DNA of 64,000 bases from Promethearchaeota archaeon (GCA_016840085.1 JAEOTA010000004.1:251957-315956); one strand, 5' to 3'. Positions 10,201 to 19,363 are shown, numbered from the stretch's first letter. Translations and numbers: made by a program. The notes: generated by a model from the letters alone, not told the origin.

Positions 10201-12752
10201 AGATAAATATAATAGAAAACAGTCGTTCCAGCTAAGACTACTTCAATAAAAGCTTGAGTTTTTAGAATCCTCATAGTGTATTTATCTTTCATTTGATAGT
10301 GTTTTATTAAATAGTAAGTAAAGGTTAGAATACCAAATACGATATATAGTGAATAATTCACTACTGATATGGTATCAATAGGCAATCCTAAACGAAAAAA
10401 ACGGTCTAAGCCGACAATAGTAGGGATTAATGTTATACACGCTGCTATTAAAACACAATCTATCAATAAAAGTTTACGTGAAATATTCTCATAAATTTTC
10501 TTTTTTAATAAGTAATATATTGGAAAAAATAAAATAGAGAAAAAACACATGAAAGGAATTAAAAAAACATACAAAGTGTTAAGTGTGAGAAGAAATGAAA
10601 TATAATAGGCTAATCCAGCGCTAAAACCTAATGTTATTAAATTTATTTTAACGGTCACTGATTTTGAAAACAAAATTTCATTCCTAGAGAATAGGTTAAC
10701 GAAGAAAGTCATAATTAGTAATGAAAAATAAATGGAAAATACTAATTTTAGGTACAAAATTAAGCTTACTAACATAATCGAGTAAAAGAAAAAGAAAAAC
10801 AAAGCAGTAAGCTCTATCGTCATCAAATAAGAATTTATATCTACAAATTTTTTGAATATAGATTCTTTTAATCTTTCTATTTTTAATCCAAATTTTAAGT
10901 TAATATAACTAAAAATGGATAAAAATAGTAGATCTAATGTTAAAACTATAAAATTATTTAATGAATTAATAAATATTGCCAGAAAAATATTTAAAATTAG
11001 TACCCAGAACAAATAATAACTATAGATTAAAAAATCGTTATGAGAAAATAATCCTATAAGATAATTCACAAATATGAAGAGAATGAAAATTATAGGAAAT
11101 AATATAGAGGAAACTATTAAGACTTGGAAAAAACTAAATATTTCAACAATAAAAAATGTCCTTAAATTAATTAAAATAAAAATAAGTAATTCAATCAATA
11201 AAATATTTGTAAATACACATATTCTGAAGAGTTTTGAGCGTTTTGCATAAAAGATTCTAGCGTATAAAATATAAAATGAAAACAATAAAATTATTAGAAT
11301 AATGGTTGAATGAAGTAAAATATTTGAAAATAATATGATTATTGGGTCTGATGTAAATCTAATATATTCAAAAATTAAAATGGGAAAGAAAGAGTATGTT
11401 ATTAAGGAAAAACTGATAACCGCAATTATATTTTGAAATATGATGATATCTTCTTTATGGAAATAATCAATTTTAACAAAAATTTGTAGAATTAGATATA
11501 AAGATAATAAAAAGACAATAAATTGAATATTTATAAGAAAAACAGTTGAGATTAGAGGAAGAACTCCAAATGAGATAGATATTAAAATCCCAATTGTATT
11601 AAATAAAAATACATATTTATTATACTTCTTAGGACAAAATTCTGTTTTTTGTTCATAATAAAAGGGAATATAAAGGAAGGGAAGTATCAGTAATATTAAA
11701 GTGGGATTATTTATTAAAAAACTGAATAAAACGACGAACAGAATTAAGATTCCAGATAAAATTGAACTATTTTTCTGATATTTAATATTTTCTACATTAT
11801 TTTTAGAATCATTAATTCTTTTCGAAGTCTTATATGTGTTTAATTTGTTATTATAATGAAAAAGAATGTAAAATCTGGACTTAAAATAAGCAATTATAAA
11901 TATTATAGTTAAAAAGGAGCTATTAATTAATTCTAATAAAGTATACTGAACACCTGATAGAATAGATGTAATCATTATAATAAATGGCATTTGAATTAAT
12001 AAAACGAATATTAGACTCACTACTGAAATAACGAATTTTTGCTTGAAAACAGTTAGATCTTGTAAAAATACTTTTTTATCTTTAATTTTATCTTTTATTT
12101 TACTGCGCTGGATTTTTGTATTGAAATATGTGATGAAATAAAATATTAAATTTGTTATGAGACAAAAAAGCCAAGATAGATTTGTAGAAATAGTAAATGC
12201 TAGAAATATGATATGGACGATGTAATTAATTAGAATTATAAAATTGTAAGGTTGTTTAATCATTAACCTTAGATTGATTGTATGTTTGAATTCATCCTCA
12301 TTTATGTCATAAAAACCAATTGGTTGGAAACCATAATAGTAATACACAATGTTATAAAGAGCGATAAAGCTAATTAAAGGAAGTTGCACAAATGTATACT
12401 CCACAGGGGAAATAATAATAAATATAGGAACAACTATAAAAGATAGTATAGAAATTAAAAATAAAACATGAATTCTAGCAACCAGATTGTTTTCCTTATT
12501 CACGAAAAAGGATTTATTTCTGTATTTATCAAAAGTTTTATAAAAAAACAATAACGCAAACATAAAAGTTAAAACTGAAAGAGGTAATGCCAGAAAATTT
12601 CCTGCAGGAAAGAGTCTATAAATCCAAAACCCAGTAAAGGCAGTTGCAAACGGGGCTATAATCAAATAAAAAAAAAACCACCAGAGCTTTTGAAGAAATT
12701 CTGTAGCTTTCTTAAGCTTCTCTTCAGAATTACTACTTCTGTCAGATTTCAT
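4236..12752 (-). CDS. Giant polytopic membrane protein of unknown function (2838 aa, about 85-90 hydrophobic segments)
   Basis: Uninterrupted 8.5-kb ORF in AT-rich DNA; hydrophobic ~20-aa segments alternate with short or Lys/Arg-rich loops; no soluble domain recognised. Confidence 0.85.
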   Translation of the reverse strand: MKSDRSSNSEEKLKKATEFLQKLWWFFFYLIIAPFATAFTGFWIYRLFPAGNFLALPLSVLTFMFALLFFYKTFDKYRNKSFFVNKENNLVARIHVLFLISILSFIVVPIFIIISPVEYTFVQLPLISFIALYNIVYYYYGFQPIGFYDINEDEFKHTINLRLMIKQPYNFIILINYIVHIIFLAFTISTNLSWLFCLITNLIFYFITYFNTKIQRSKIKDKIKDKKVFLQDLTVFKQKFVISVVSLIFVLLIQMPFIIMITSILSGVQYTLLELINSSFLTIIFIIAYFKSRFYILFHYNNKLNTYKTSKRINDSKNNVENIKYQKNSSILSGILILFVVLFSFLINNPTLILLILPFLYIPFYYEQKTEFCPKKYNKYVFLFNTIGILISISFGVLPLISTVFLINIQFIVFLLSLYLILQIFVKIDYFHKEDIIIFQNIIAVISFSLITYSFFPILIFEYIRFTSDPIIILFSNILLHSTIILIILLFSFYILYARIFYAKRSKLFRICVFTNILLIELLIFILINLRTFFIVEIFSFFQVLIVSSILFPIIFILFIFVNYLIGLFSHNDFLIYSYYLFWVLILNIFLAIFINSLNNFIVLTLDLLFLSIFSYINLKFGLKIERLKESIFKKFVDINSYLMTIELTALFFFFFYSIMLVSLILYLKLVFSIYFSLLIMTFFVNLFSRNEILFSKSVTVKINLITLGFSAGLAYYISFLLTLNTLYVFLIPFMCFFSILFFPIYYLLKKKIYENISRKLLLIDCVLIAACITLIPTIVGLDRFFRLGLPIDTISVVNYSLYIVFGILTFTYYLIKHYQMKDKYTMRILKTQAFIEVVLAGTTVFYYIYLLLYGTLYGFLLPFIAASIFFYLPSVYSYKKRLFNENFLMKVILGNSLILSGLIISIPSFVGLELERLGLSAHIVHIITISLFLFFATLKFLIFLSNKFLLKERSINFLKLVQTFTWLTISIFIILELPIIFSFHYFSPFIISSSFLIFFVINIYTLILLFNYSKELKVHKYLRDSLLHGIIFSLSFVIIFLIHESAILNLFPSILKQYNIVWYLGLFFLFVLILLKSFTYIIKVEFKKLRDGLEFISWLFTKIIVCLFLIFIFSYTIFTKIVLYILAFTFLTPITFSYFKKLNLFSEVNQSIMKKVTVILFSVSLLSFYVETFYILSNTVSFFNNNPGIQISMIIVNLVLFLSYLWLKFNKAIDVESEYKIFRFYLLYILLFLSLLYFNSILSLFLFILSYTLILSERSLFPIFRFLSYHLLSFITLIKIIALLDIYDIIFEFNLIFIGFSINIYLLTYISVLLFSILLHFKKNNFLEKFSLYTSFSVLSFVYLISYTNILILYTITISVFIFLLLVGIHFYRENDENYKWFIKPSILLFIFDFISFISYSLLFNHPPYLDFYPILTFTLTLSVTGFGFVLLFKKSSERFRKISFTINLISPILSFPIFIYFLIISSLSIPIGEPIPIIIAINLSVLLFYISIGIYQWKISWMIWKSGWYAWIIIPFANFYIIYKGLTGIDIATNSLNLFGIYDFNGSLIISIIICSLMFLPVLYTKIKKYFFHIIFVIWAESLFLLYWISQNLFIANHLLRNMSFILFSVVLLFPVFAIFKYWKIASIIWLILILINASFWQFYLMSIKISLEIASSIDILIIGLCLIVYSFFPNIRSIGFILIIAYFTILTGIFLTVYFVLYSIILNPIFSINISLIVVGLSLFSNKYLKLHKRLIDLCLSWLLILGFSWLTFNTFSLFQGFLLFSFFLALTVFGTSFFVFNHFKMNIPINKVIPYLIVTIGASSSISLLFLTLFKVSIGIFITIFSIVFIFFIYFLITEYRYVLWFLIPIPITLPILELLLILEVIRPYWYLTWALLYLTCFQILTNLFKNLVKEEQAEIKNSIMKLYEDKNQIKWLNFTCYILNSLLLSLFIGIILPIILRQFLFTQILVIYQITDFLIIWSILFLLCLRFIIKSEIEFKVQDPLLYVNKISLILYLIIPIGLSLNFLLYLIFIDLNRVISIYLFVLILSGGLFFETFIIDRHSFYYLFNSTRNKFIVLSWFIFCNTLSVFLYHSHLNLFLLFLTISVLNLISIYFLSYLDISRQQISIYRLILYYNTFIWGSFYLASLISDGLLLLFQNLEQLAYYSLFAQNASLLLFILSYFFIKVEERVKKRIELILILCFQGFLAINWILILIIYNVLDFFFIFSLVLIETCISFITINYIDFIFTKEKFPEFRTKFYSLLILILYIEISLMIFGLLTEIIGVFESIIISQLILFILTFLDIHILKKIEKSYGNFIHTISYFAISLFTLLSINQYILHYPVLLSLEFMIFIIMQVYTNYSLFKALNHLYPDKTEALIKYRAYITHVLGICFYFNLFFLLLQGLILLEIDPQLVFLSLSLMVHVLMILDIFLVKLLGKLANYFRFISWIFIMIFTTTYLIWFYVALFIQLLFTSIPLIIFILIIETAYLFNLLDFSKYIISNKKKIRFFLLMILYLDFGIWPLFYLTLDPLRALNLIILSCIIFFILTCIDKYVGVFEDKSLSSLRKISFLTIGVFLSVDVHILLGFVPNTNFFLNISVALSLFVVFLGIIVKPFKEHSFKAFAFWLAFFSLLSSILYHVSLSYELSGAILFITMLIYPFVFLLEELRELFNNFVEILIKFFRKIKQLINDVFKIVFGFLKTHFKSIWITFSAFVAVFLGILLSELFLSILLGPIHPTLLTIAIFAFLILVVPYAKSTDPDVIFKRRVLRLSYGWGSVIAFLFIYITPVWYIFTVFISIAVIGTITLVYMGRKEEREKLSIKWRFYTLITLFIAFISFGVLFVLQLIFSF

Positions 12753-12871
12753 TTTTTAAAATAAATTAAATGGTATTTTGAAAAAAATAGAAACAAAAAT
12801 TAATAAATTTATCAGAACTAGCATTTCTTCTTTTTCCCAAAAAACACAATTAGAATTGAAAAAAGATGAAA

Positions 12872-14194
12872 TCATTTAAATTTAGGAAGATAATCTTTTT
12901 GTATTTGACTCATTTCATTGAACATCTCTTCTGCAATTCCAAAGCTTCCCACATTAGGATCAGTGGCTAAACACGCAATTGCAAGATCTTTAGATTTATT
13001 CAACACAGCATCTACGCATAAATCTTGTATTGAAGCTTCAATGCGGAGTAAAGCAGCAATATTTCTAGGAATCTTTCCTAATTTAACTCCATGAACACCA
13101 TTTTTGTTAACTGTTGCTGAACACTCTAAGATTAGATCCTGTGGTAAATTATCTGTAATATTATCATTAGGAATATTAACTGCAAATTCATAGGAATTTT
13201 TATCTGTAATTATTGCCTCGATTATTGGTACTGCTCTTTCTCCAGAAGTTCTCTCGAATAAAATGCCTTTACTTGGATATCTTCCTCTTTTAAGTCTTTT
13301 ATGATAGTTGAGATATTTGTAATGAACAAATTGACCCTCATTGTCTATAAAGTTTATCCAATCAATCATATCCTTGGTTTGTGTGAATTCTTCACCGAAT
13401 TGTAAGTATTCTCCAACGTGGTTATCGCCAGCATAACAAAACCATCCAAATTTTTTAAAAACTTCAAATGTTAGAGTTGAAAATTCAAATCGATGTTCAT
13501 ATCCTCTAAAATAATCAAGAGCTTGTTCATTAAAAGTAGGCATTAAATCTTTGCCTGTTAATAAATCTTCTAAACTTAATAAGAATGCGAAATGATTTAG
13601 GCCACCTACTCCCATTTTTAACTCTCTAATTGATTTTTTAAACATGTTGGGTAAATATCCAACTAAAAACGCGATTTGATGGCATAAACCAATAAATTTT
13701 AACTCTTTGACACTTCTCTTTATCGCTAGACATACTCGAGATAATGGATTGGAAAAATTAATCAAAAAGGCATTTGGGCAAAATTTTTCAGCATCTTTAA
13801 CAATTTCGACAATTGAAGGGATTATTCTCCAGGCATGAAAAGTCCCTCCAGGACCTCCGCATTCACCTAATATTTGTGTTGCCCCGTATTTTCTCGGTAT
13901 TTCATAATCTTGACGCCATAATTCCATTCTATTTCCAACTTCAATCGAATTAATAATAAAATCAGCATCTTTAAAGGCTTTAGCTCTGTTTGTTGTTCTT
14001 TCAAGATGAAGCTTATTCTTTTGTCTTTCATTTTCAATCTCTAAAAGATCATAAACCATCTCTAATTTTTTTTTATTTACATCATGAAGTACAACGGTAG
14101 AACCTTCTAACAAATCACTTAGAAAAATATCGTTAAACATTGGGGGACCGAATGATGTCGAACCAGCGCCTACTAGCACAATTTTTGGTTGCAT
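12872..14194 (-). CDS. Family 4 glycoside hydrolase (NAD-dependent alpha-galactosidase/glucosidase-like)
   Basis: KIVLVGAGS, GECGGPGG, NFSNP, GLCH, GLNHF motifs. Confidence 0.9.
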   Translation of the reverse strand: MQPKIVLVGAGSTSFGPPMFNDIFLSDLLEGSTVVLHDVNKKKLEMVYDLLEIENERQKNKLHLERTTNRAKAFKDADFIINSIEVGNRMELWRQDYEIPRKYGATQILGECGGPGGTFHAWRIIPSIVEIVKDAEKFCPNAFLINFSNPLSRVCLAIKRSVKELKFIGLCHQIAFLVGYLPNMFKKSIRELKMGVGGLNHFAFLLSLEDLLTGKDLMPTFNEQALDYFRGYEHRFEFSTLTFEVFKKFGWFCYAGDNHVGEYLQFGEEFTQTKDMIDWINFIDNEGQFVHYKYLNYHKRLKRGRYPSKGILFERTSGERAVPIIEAIITDKNSYEFAVNIPNDNITDNLPQDLILECSATVNKNGVHGVKLGKIPRNIAALLRIEASIQDLCVDAVLNKSKDLAIACLATDPNVGSFGIAEEMFNEMSQIQKDYLPKFK

Positions 14195-14530
14195 GGTTTC
14201 AAATTATAAGCTTATAGGATTGAATTATTTATAATATATTTAAAAAATTGATTGATTTAAAGAGTTTTTAAAATCAAGGTTAACAAAATAAGCAAAATTT
14301 TATAATTTTTTGAATTATGGGAAAAAATTAATTTCAGAAATAGCTTATTTCGAACTTTAAATTAGAGATTAAACAATCTATAAAATCTCTTTTTTCTACA
14401 TTTTTGATTAAGTAAAAAAGATTATCACATTACTTAATTGTAAAAAATCTAATATTTAGATATAATGGGAAATCAATGGGTAAAATTTAAATAGATCTTT
14501 TCACATTTACTTATTAATGAGTTTTTCACA

Positions 14531-14662
14531 TAATACTATGGATGTTTGGTGTAAATTACCTTTACCGACATTTAAGGTAATTATCCGTAGTATTATTAAG
14601 AGAGAATAAATCAAATTTCTTGACCTCTTTCTGATAATTTTTACTGATTTGTTCTCTTTTAA
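14531..14662 (+). ncRNA. Candidate structured RNA or 5' leader with two abutting long hairpins
   Basis: Stems 14531-43/14583-95 (13 bp), 14554-62/14574-82 (9 bp) and 14596-613/14645-62 (18 bp); all three non-Watson-Crick pairs are G-U on the + strand; TATA-like TTTAAATA at 14487-14494. Confidence 0.55.
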
Positions 14663-14752
14663 CACTACATATCAATAATAATTATTCGAAATTGGTCAAA
14701 ATTAGCATTTAGGACCTCTAGTGAAAAATTTAATTAAAAAAGGAGGTGAAAA

Positions 14753-14935
14753 ATGCTGGAAAAAGAATCAGATAAAATGGATCTGATATTGGATTATTAT
14801 AAAGATTGGGATTCTTATAAAACTCCAGTTATGATGATGCTTGATAACTCAAAAGAATTTAATGAAAATATAGAAAATGTTGATGAGAGAAGACAGGGAT
14901 ATCTTTGGAGTAAATATAGGAAATTTTCCAAATAA
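14753..14935 (+). CDS. Small hypothetical protein (60 aa)
   Basis: Strong SD AAGGAGGTGA just before the ATG; GGAA-actg-TTCC hairpin and T tracts after the stop. Confidence 0.6.
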   Translation: MLEKESDKMDLILDYYKDWDSYKTPVMMMLDNSKEFNENIENVDERRQGYLWSKYRKFSK

Positions 14936-14997
14936 TAGGAAACTGTTCCAATCTTTTAAATTTTATTAAAATTTTTTTTAAATTAATTTATTTTCCT

Positions 14998-16179
14998 TTA
15001 ATCAAGAATCAACTTTATCCTTTCTAAAGCTTCTTTAATTTTTTCTTCAGGTTGAGTTAAAGCAAATCTCACATAACCTTCTCCATATTGACCAAAACCG
15101 GTCCCAGGTGTAACAACTACTCCTACTTCTATCAATTTTTTTACGAAATTCATGCTACTCTTTTCAGAAAACTTTTTAGGAATTTGTGTCCATACATAAA
15201 AGGTTGCCTGTGGTTTTTCTGTTTTCCATCCCATATCATTTAATCTTTTTATTAAAATATCCATCCTTTTTTCATACACTCTCACCGTTTTTTTTACTAT
15301 TTCAGGTTTCTCCTCAGATTTATATTCACTTAAACCTTTCATTACTGCTTTCTGTATGAATTTTGGACTTCCAGAGTCAATTTGAGACTTAACTTTCCTT
15401 ACTCCTTGTATTATTTCTTTATTACCTGCTATCCACCCACATCGAAAACCAGTCATATTAAACATTTTAGAGGCACTATTAATTTCTACATGATTTTGAT
15501 CTACTTGTAATATTGTCGGCGCAATATACTCATCAAACGTAAATTCTGAATATGGATTATCATAAACAATAAAAAAGTTATAGTCTTCAGCATAATCAGC
15601 TACCTTTTTTAAAAATTCCTTTGGGGCGATCGCGCCAGTAGGATTATTAGGATAATTTAGATACATCATTTTTGCTTTTTTAAGAATTTTAGTGTTAATT
15701 GCTTCTAAGTCTGGAAGAAATTTATTTTCTTTTATTAAAGGCATCGGATAGGGTTCAGCATCGCATAGTTTTGTTGCCCCATTTTCATACACAGGATATC
15801 CCGGATTAGGACAAAGAACTATATCTCCTGGATTTATAAAAGCTCTCGCAATATTAGCTACGCCTTCTTTTCCACCAATTACGTTTGTAATCTCATCTTT
15901 AAGGTCCAATTCTACATTAAATCTTACCTTATACCATTTTGCAACAACCTCTCTAAATTCTTCTTCACCCATACTTGCAGGATAATTATGGTTTTCTGGG
16001 ATTCTAACTTCTTCAACTAATGCATTAATAATCAAGTCTGGAGTTGCTAAATCAGGATCTCCTATTCCTAGTGAAATAAAATCCATGCCTTTTTTCTTCT
16101 TTTCTGCTATTAGCTGTTCAATCTCTACAAAAATATATTTTGGAATTCTTTTTACCCTCTCAGCGTAATCTACTTTAAT
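14998..16179 (-). CDS. PLP-dependent class I/II aminotransferase (LL-diaminopimelate aminotransferase-like), probable ATT start
   Basis: LGIGDPD, NYPNNPTG, DNPY, SASKMFNMTGFRCG, GEGYVRF; the frame extends 31 codons above the ORF-track ATG (IKVDYAERVKRIPKYIFVEI...) to an ATT preceded by AGGTG. Confidence 0.85.
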   Translation of the reverse strand: MKVDYAERVKRIPKYIFVEIEQLIAEKKKKGMDFISLGIGDPDLATPDLIINALVEEVRIPENHNYPASMGEEEFREVVAKWYKVRFNVELDLKDEITNVIGGKEGVANIARAFINPGDIVLCPNPGYPVYENGATKLCDAEPYPMPLIKENKFLPDLEAINTKILKKAKMMYLNYPNNPTGAIAPKEFLKKVADYAEDYNFFIVYDNPYSEFTFDEYIAPTILQVDQNHVEINSASKMFNMTGFRCGWIAGNKEIIQGVRKVKSQIDSGSPKFIQKAVMKGLSEYKSEEKPEIVKKTVRVYEKRMDILIKRLNDMGWKTEKPQATFYVWTQIPKKFSEKSSMNFVKKLIEVGVVVTPGTGFGQYGEGYVRFALTQPEEKIKEALERIKLILD

Positions 16180-16336
16180 TTAAAACACCTATTTTTAAGA
16201 ATTAGAGTGAAAGTACGTGTAGTCTATCATCTATATAATGATAAAAATTTTTCGAAATAGAATCTATTTTAATAAGAATTTATTAGAAAAATTGTACTAG
16301 AAAAAAAGCTAGAATATTTATTTTTTAAGATAATTA

Positions 16337-17644
16337 CTACTTTTTTTCTATTGGATTTATTTCATATTCATTCGGATCCATTGTTAGAAATGGTATGAAA
16401 TCGATATTTATTAGTATTGCCATGAATAAGAAAATTATAGCATAAATTGCAAATGTGGGTAATCCAACTAAGCTTGCGAATAGTATACTCGTTAGTTCTA
16501 ATCCAATTGTGGCTCCTAAATTAGTAAATGAGTTACACGTCGCATAATAAGTTGCATCATAATCCGGATATAATTGAGATTCCTGAGCAATTACAGCAGA
16601 AAAGGCAGAATTTTTCCAACCCGCAGCCCCCCCTAAAAGAAATGCAAAAAACATTAATATTGACCAAATCACTGGTATTAAAAATAGTAAGAAGGAGATC
16701 GTTGTTATTAACAATGAGATATAAACACTACGCTTCCTTGACTGTAAATCAGCCATTCTCCCTCCAAGTAAAGCTCCAGTAATAACTCCTAATCCAATAA
16801 TGAAAGCAGATAATGCATTAGGTGCATATAAATCTTCTCTTGTTGGATCACCAATTAAATCAATACTAGCGCCAGTAGAGCCAACCAAACCCCATTGAAT
16901 AAGAATAAAAAGAGGGATAAATAAAAATATTACTCCATCCACTATTGAATTAAATAAAGAGAATATATATACTTTCCAATTCTTAGCTTTACCAAAAATT
17001 ACTATAAGATTATCAATTATATTTATTTCTACTGATTTCTTAAGCTCTTTAACGATAATTATTAAAAACGAGAATATAATCATCGCTATCCCTAAACCTA
17101 TAAAAGCATATTCTATAATTCCTCCCGCTAATAAAATAAAAACAACTAATAAAGGACCACCTGCAATTATACCCACAGATCTAAATCCCCAACATACGCC
17201 TTGCACACGGCCTAGCCTTTCTTTTGGATATAAATCTAAAATTAGCCCATCTATAGCGGTATCTGCCATAGCTACTCCTATAACAATAAACACGCCTAGT
17301 ACCAATACCATTGTCATAGCATTTGATGGTGTTAAAATAAATGGAAAAAATACCCATAGTAGCCCTGATATAATACTAGGACCTATAATCCAAGGCTTTC
17401 TCCTTCCTATATTTTTAAAACCAAACTTGTCCGATAACATACCATAAATGAACTTTACTCCAAACGGCAGAAGAACCAATGACATTATAGAGGCAATCTC
17501 TCCCGCATCTACAGTTCCAATTAATTGTAGTAAATAGATAGGAATAATTGTTGTAAAATTACTCTGCACAATTCCTTGAGTAAAATAATTTAAAGAGAAT
17601 ACCCCAATGTATCTTTTTTTCAATTCGAGTTTTTCTTGTTCCAT
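16337..17644 (-). CDS. MFS transporter (AmpG/BT1-like)
   Basis: About 12 TM; PFGVKFIYGMLSDK, GRRKPWI, DTAIDGL, GGRMAD motifs. Confidence 0.85.
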   Translation of the reverse strand: MEQEKLELKKRYIGVFSLNYFTQGIVQSNFTTIIPIYLLQLIGTVDAGEIASIMSLVLLPFGVKFIYGMLSDKFGFKNIGRRKPWIIGPSIISGLLWVFFPFILTPSNAMTMVLVLGVFIVIGVAMADTAIDGLILDLYPKERLGRVQGVCWGFRSVGIIAGGPLLVVFILLAGGIIEYAFIGLGIAMIIFSFLIIIVKELKKSVEINIIDNLIVIFGKAKNWKVYIFSLFNSIVDGVIFLFIPLFILIQWGLVGSTGASIDLIGDPTREDLYAPNALSAFIIGLGVITGALLGGRMADLQSRKRSVYISLLITTISFLLFLIPVIWSILMFFAFLLGGAAGWKNSAFSAVIAQESQLYPDYDATYYATCNSFTNLGATIGLELTSILFASLVGLPTFAIYAIIFLFMAILINIDFIPFLTMDPNEYEINPIEKK

Positions 17645-17798
17645 TAGATTAAACTAAATCTTTTTGATTTACTATCTAATTTACTGTATAAAAGCTAATA
17701 TTATTTTAAGGTTTCAGAACAAAATTCTGTACTAAAATCTAAAAAACACGTTTTAACTTAATTAATATTTTTAAGTAAAAAAAGTGATTTGAAAATTT

Positions 17799-17987
17799 TT
17801 AAGATGGAAAATCTTTACGTATTTTAATTTCACGTTTATAGGCATTAATGCGATTTTGGATATGATTAAGGGGAAAAGATTGATTTAGGTGGTCTAAATT
17901 TTTTAGAATCGCTTCCAAAACCAATATAGAATTCTCTAAAATATTAATTCTCTCTTGGGCCTTTCTCATCATATACTTATACCTCAA
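17799..17987 (-). CDS. Small hypothetical helical protein
   Basis: 62-aa amphipathic, coiled-coil-like ORF in an intergenic gap. Confidence 0.45.
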   Translation of the reverse strand: MRYKYMMRKAQERINILENSILVLEAILKNLDHLNQSFPLNHIQNRINAYKREIKIRKDFPS

Positions 17988-18140
17988 TCCCTTATTTTTT
18001 TTAATAATTTTAAGATAAGTTTAACTTTAAAATTATGAGAGTCAATAGGTTTTGTGGATATAAAGTGCAAATTTAATTAAATCATGTATTTTTTTATTAT
18101 TTAATTAAAAATACAGATCTTCATTATTTAGGTTATAAAA

Positions 18141-19238
18141 TTGACTGATAAATTTTGGTATAAAGTAGCAAGAACTATTGTTAAAGCAGGTGTATTTCCT
18201 TTTCCTGTTAGTGAAGCTTTAATAGAATTGCTCCAAAATCTAATATCCGAAGATCAAGCGAAATTCTTGCTGATATTCAAAAAGCCTTCATTGACACTTG
18301 AACAGATTAAAGAAAGAACAGAGATGGATGAGGACTCAATCCTTAAAATTCTTGATATATTAATGTATAATGGTATCATAATTGGCGCGAAAAGTAGGAG
18401 TATGGGTGTAATGGTTTACAGATTGATGGGACCATTTCCAGGAATATTCGAGTATACCAACTTGAGGGGGGAAACAGATGAAAAACATATAAAATTAGCA
18501 AAATTGTTTGAAAAGCTTTTTTCAGAAAGAACTAAGTTAAATCAAGCCAACTATGAAACTATGATTAATACTTTTAAAAATTTACCCCCAACAGATAGAA
18601 CTCTCCCTGTAGAGAAAGAAGTGGAAGTGGGGACTGAAACTGTGATGCCCTTCGAAGATATTAAAAAATATGTTGAAGAATATGATGATATTGCTGTTGC
18701 ACATTGTTATTGCCGTCATCATAAAGATCTTGTGAATGATCCATGTAAATTGGGAGCTCCAAAAAATAATTGTTTTCTTTTTGATAAAAGCGCTCAATTT
18801 GCTATAGAGAAAGAATTTGGACATCGAGTTTCTAGAGAGGAGGCTATAAAAATCTTTAGAGAAGCAGAAGATTATGGGCTTGTTCATAAAGTGTTTCACG
18901 TTCATTCTGATCCAAATAGAGGGATTGAAGCGATTTGTAATTGCTGTAAATGCTGTTGTGGAATTATTGGAATGTATCGTGGCGGTATTATGCCACTGCA
19001 TACTATTTCTTCATATATTGCAGAAGTGAATGAAGAATCTTGTGTTGGATGCGGAACATGTGTTCAAATGTGTCCAATGGAAACGATAGAATTGGATGAT
19101 ACAATAGCGGTCATTAACGAAGAGAAATGCATTGGATGTGGTGTATGCGCTCATCATTGCCCCGAGGAAGCTATACATCTAAGGAGAACAGGTCCACGAG
19201 AAGTTTTTATCCCCCCTGCAATAATAAAATCAAACTAA
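18141..19238 (+). CDS. 4Fe-4S dicluster ferredoxin-domain protein
   Basis: CYCRH, ICNCCKCCC and two CxxCxxCxxxCP motifs at the C-terminus. Confidence 0.9.
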   Translation: MTDKFWYKVARTIVKAGVFPFPVSEALIELLQNLISEDQAKFLLIFKKPSLTLEQIKERTEMDEDSILKILDILMYNGIIIGAKSRSMGVMVYRLMGPFPGIFEYTNLRGETDEKHIKLAKLFEKLFSERTKLNQANYETMINTFKNLPPTDRTLPVEKEVEVGTETVMPFEDIKKYVEEYDDIAVAHCYCRHHKDLVNDPCKLGAPKNNCFLFDKSAQFAIEKEFGHRVSREEAIKIFREAEDYGLVHKVFHVHSDPNRGIEAICNCCKCCCGIIGMYRGGIMPLHTISSYIAEVNEESCVGCGTCVQMCPMETIELDDTIAVINEEKCIGCGVCAHHCPEEAIHLRRTGPREVFIPPAIIKSN

Positions 19239-19363
19239 TGATTTCTCTTCTAAACATTAAATTTATGCTCTTTTTGAAATACTGAATAATATTTTTATTT
19301 CAATTTACTTTAATTCCTTTTATTATTCAATGCAAATTAAATTATATTTAGGAGTGAATAAAA

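Noticed and set aside
14596-14665. Hairpin followed by ACA as an H/ACA guide RNA or SECIS
   Set aside because: The tandem GA/K-loop geometry is poorly supported and no clear pseudouridylation pocket or AUGA core is present; kept only as an unclassified structured RNA
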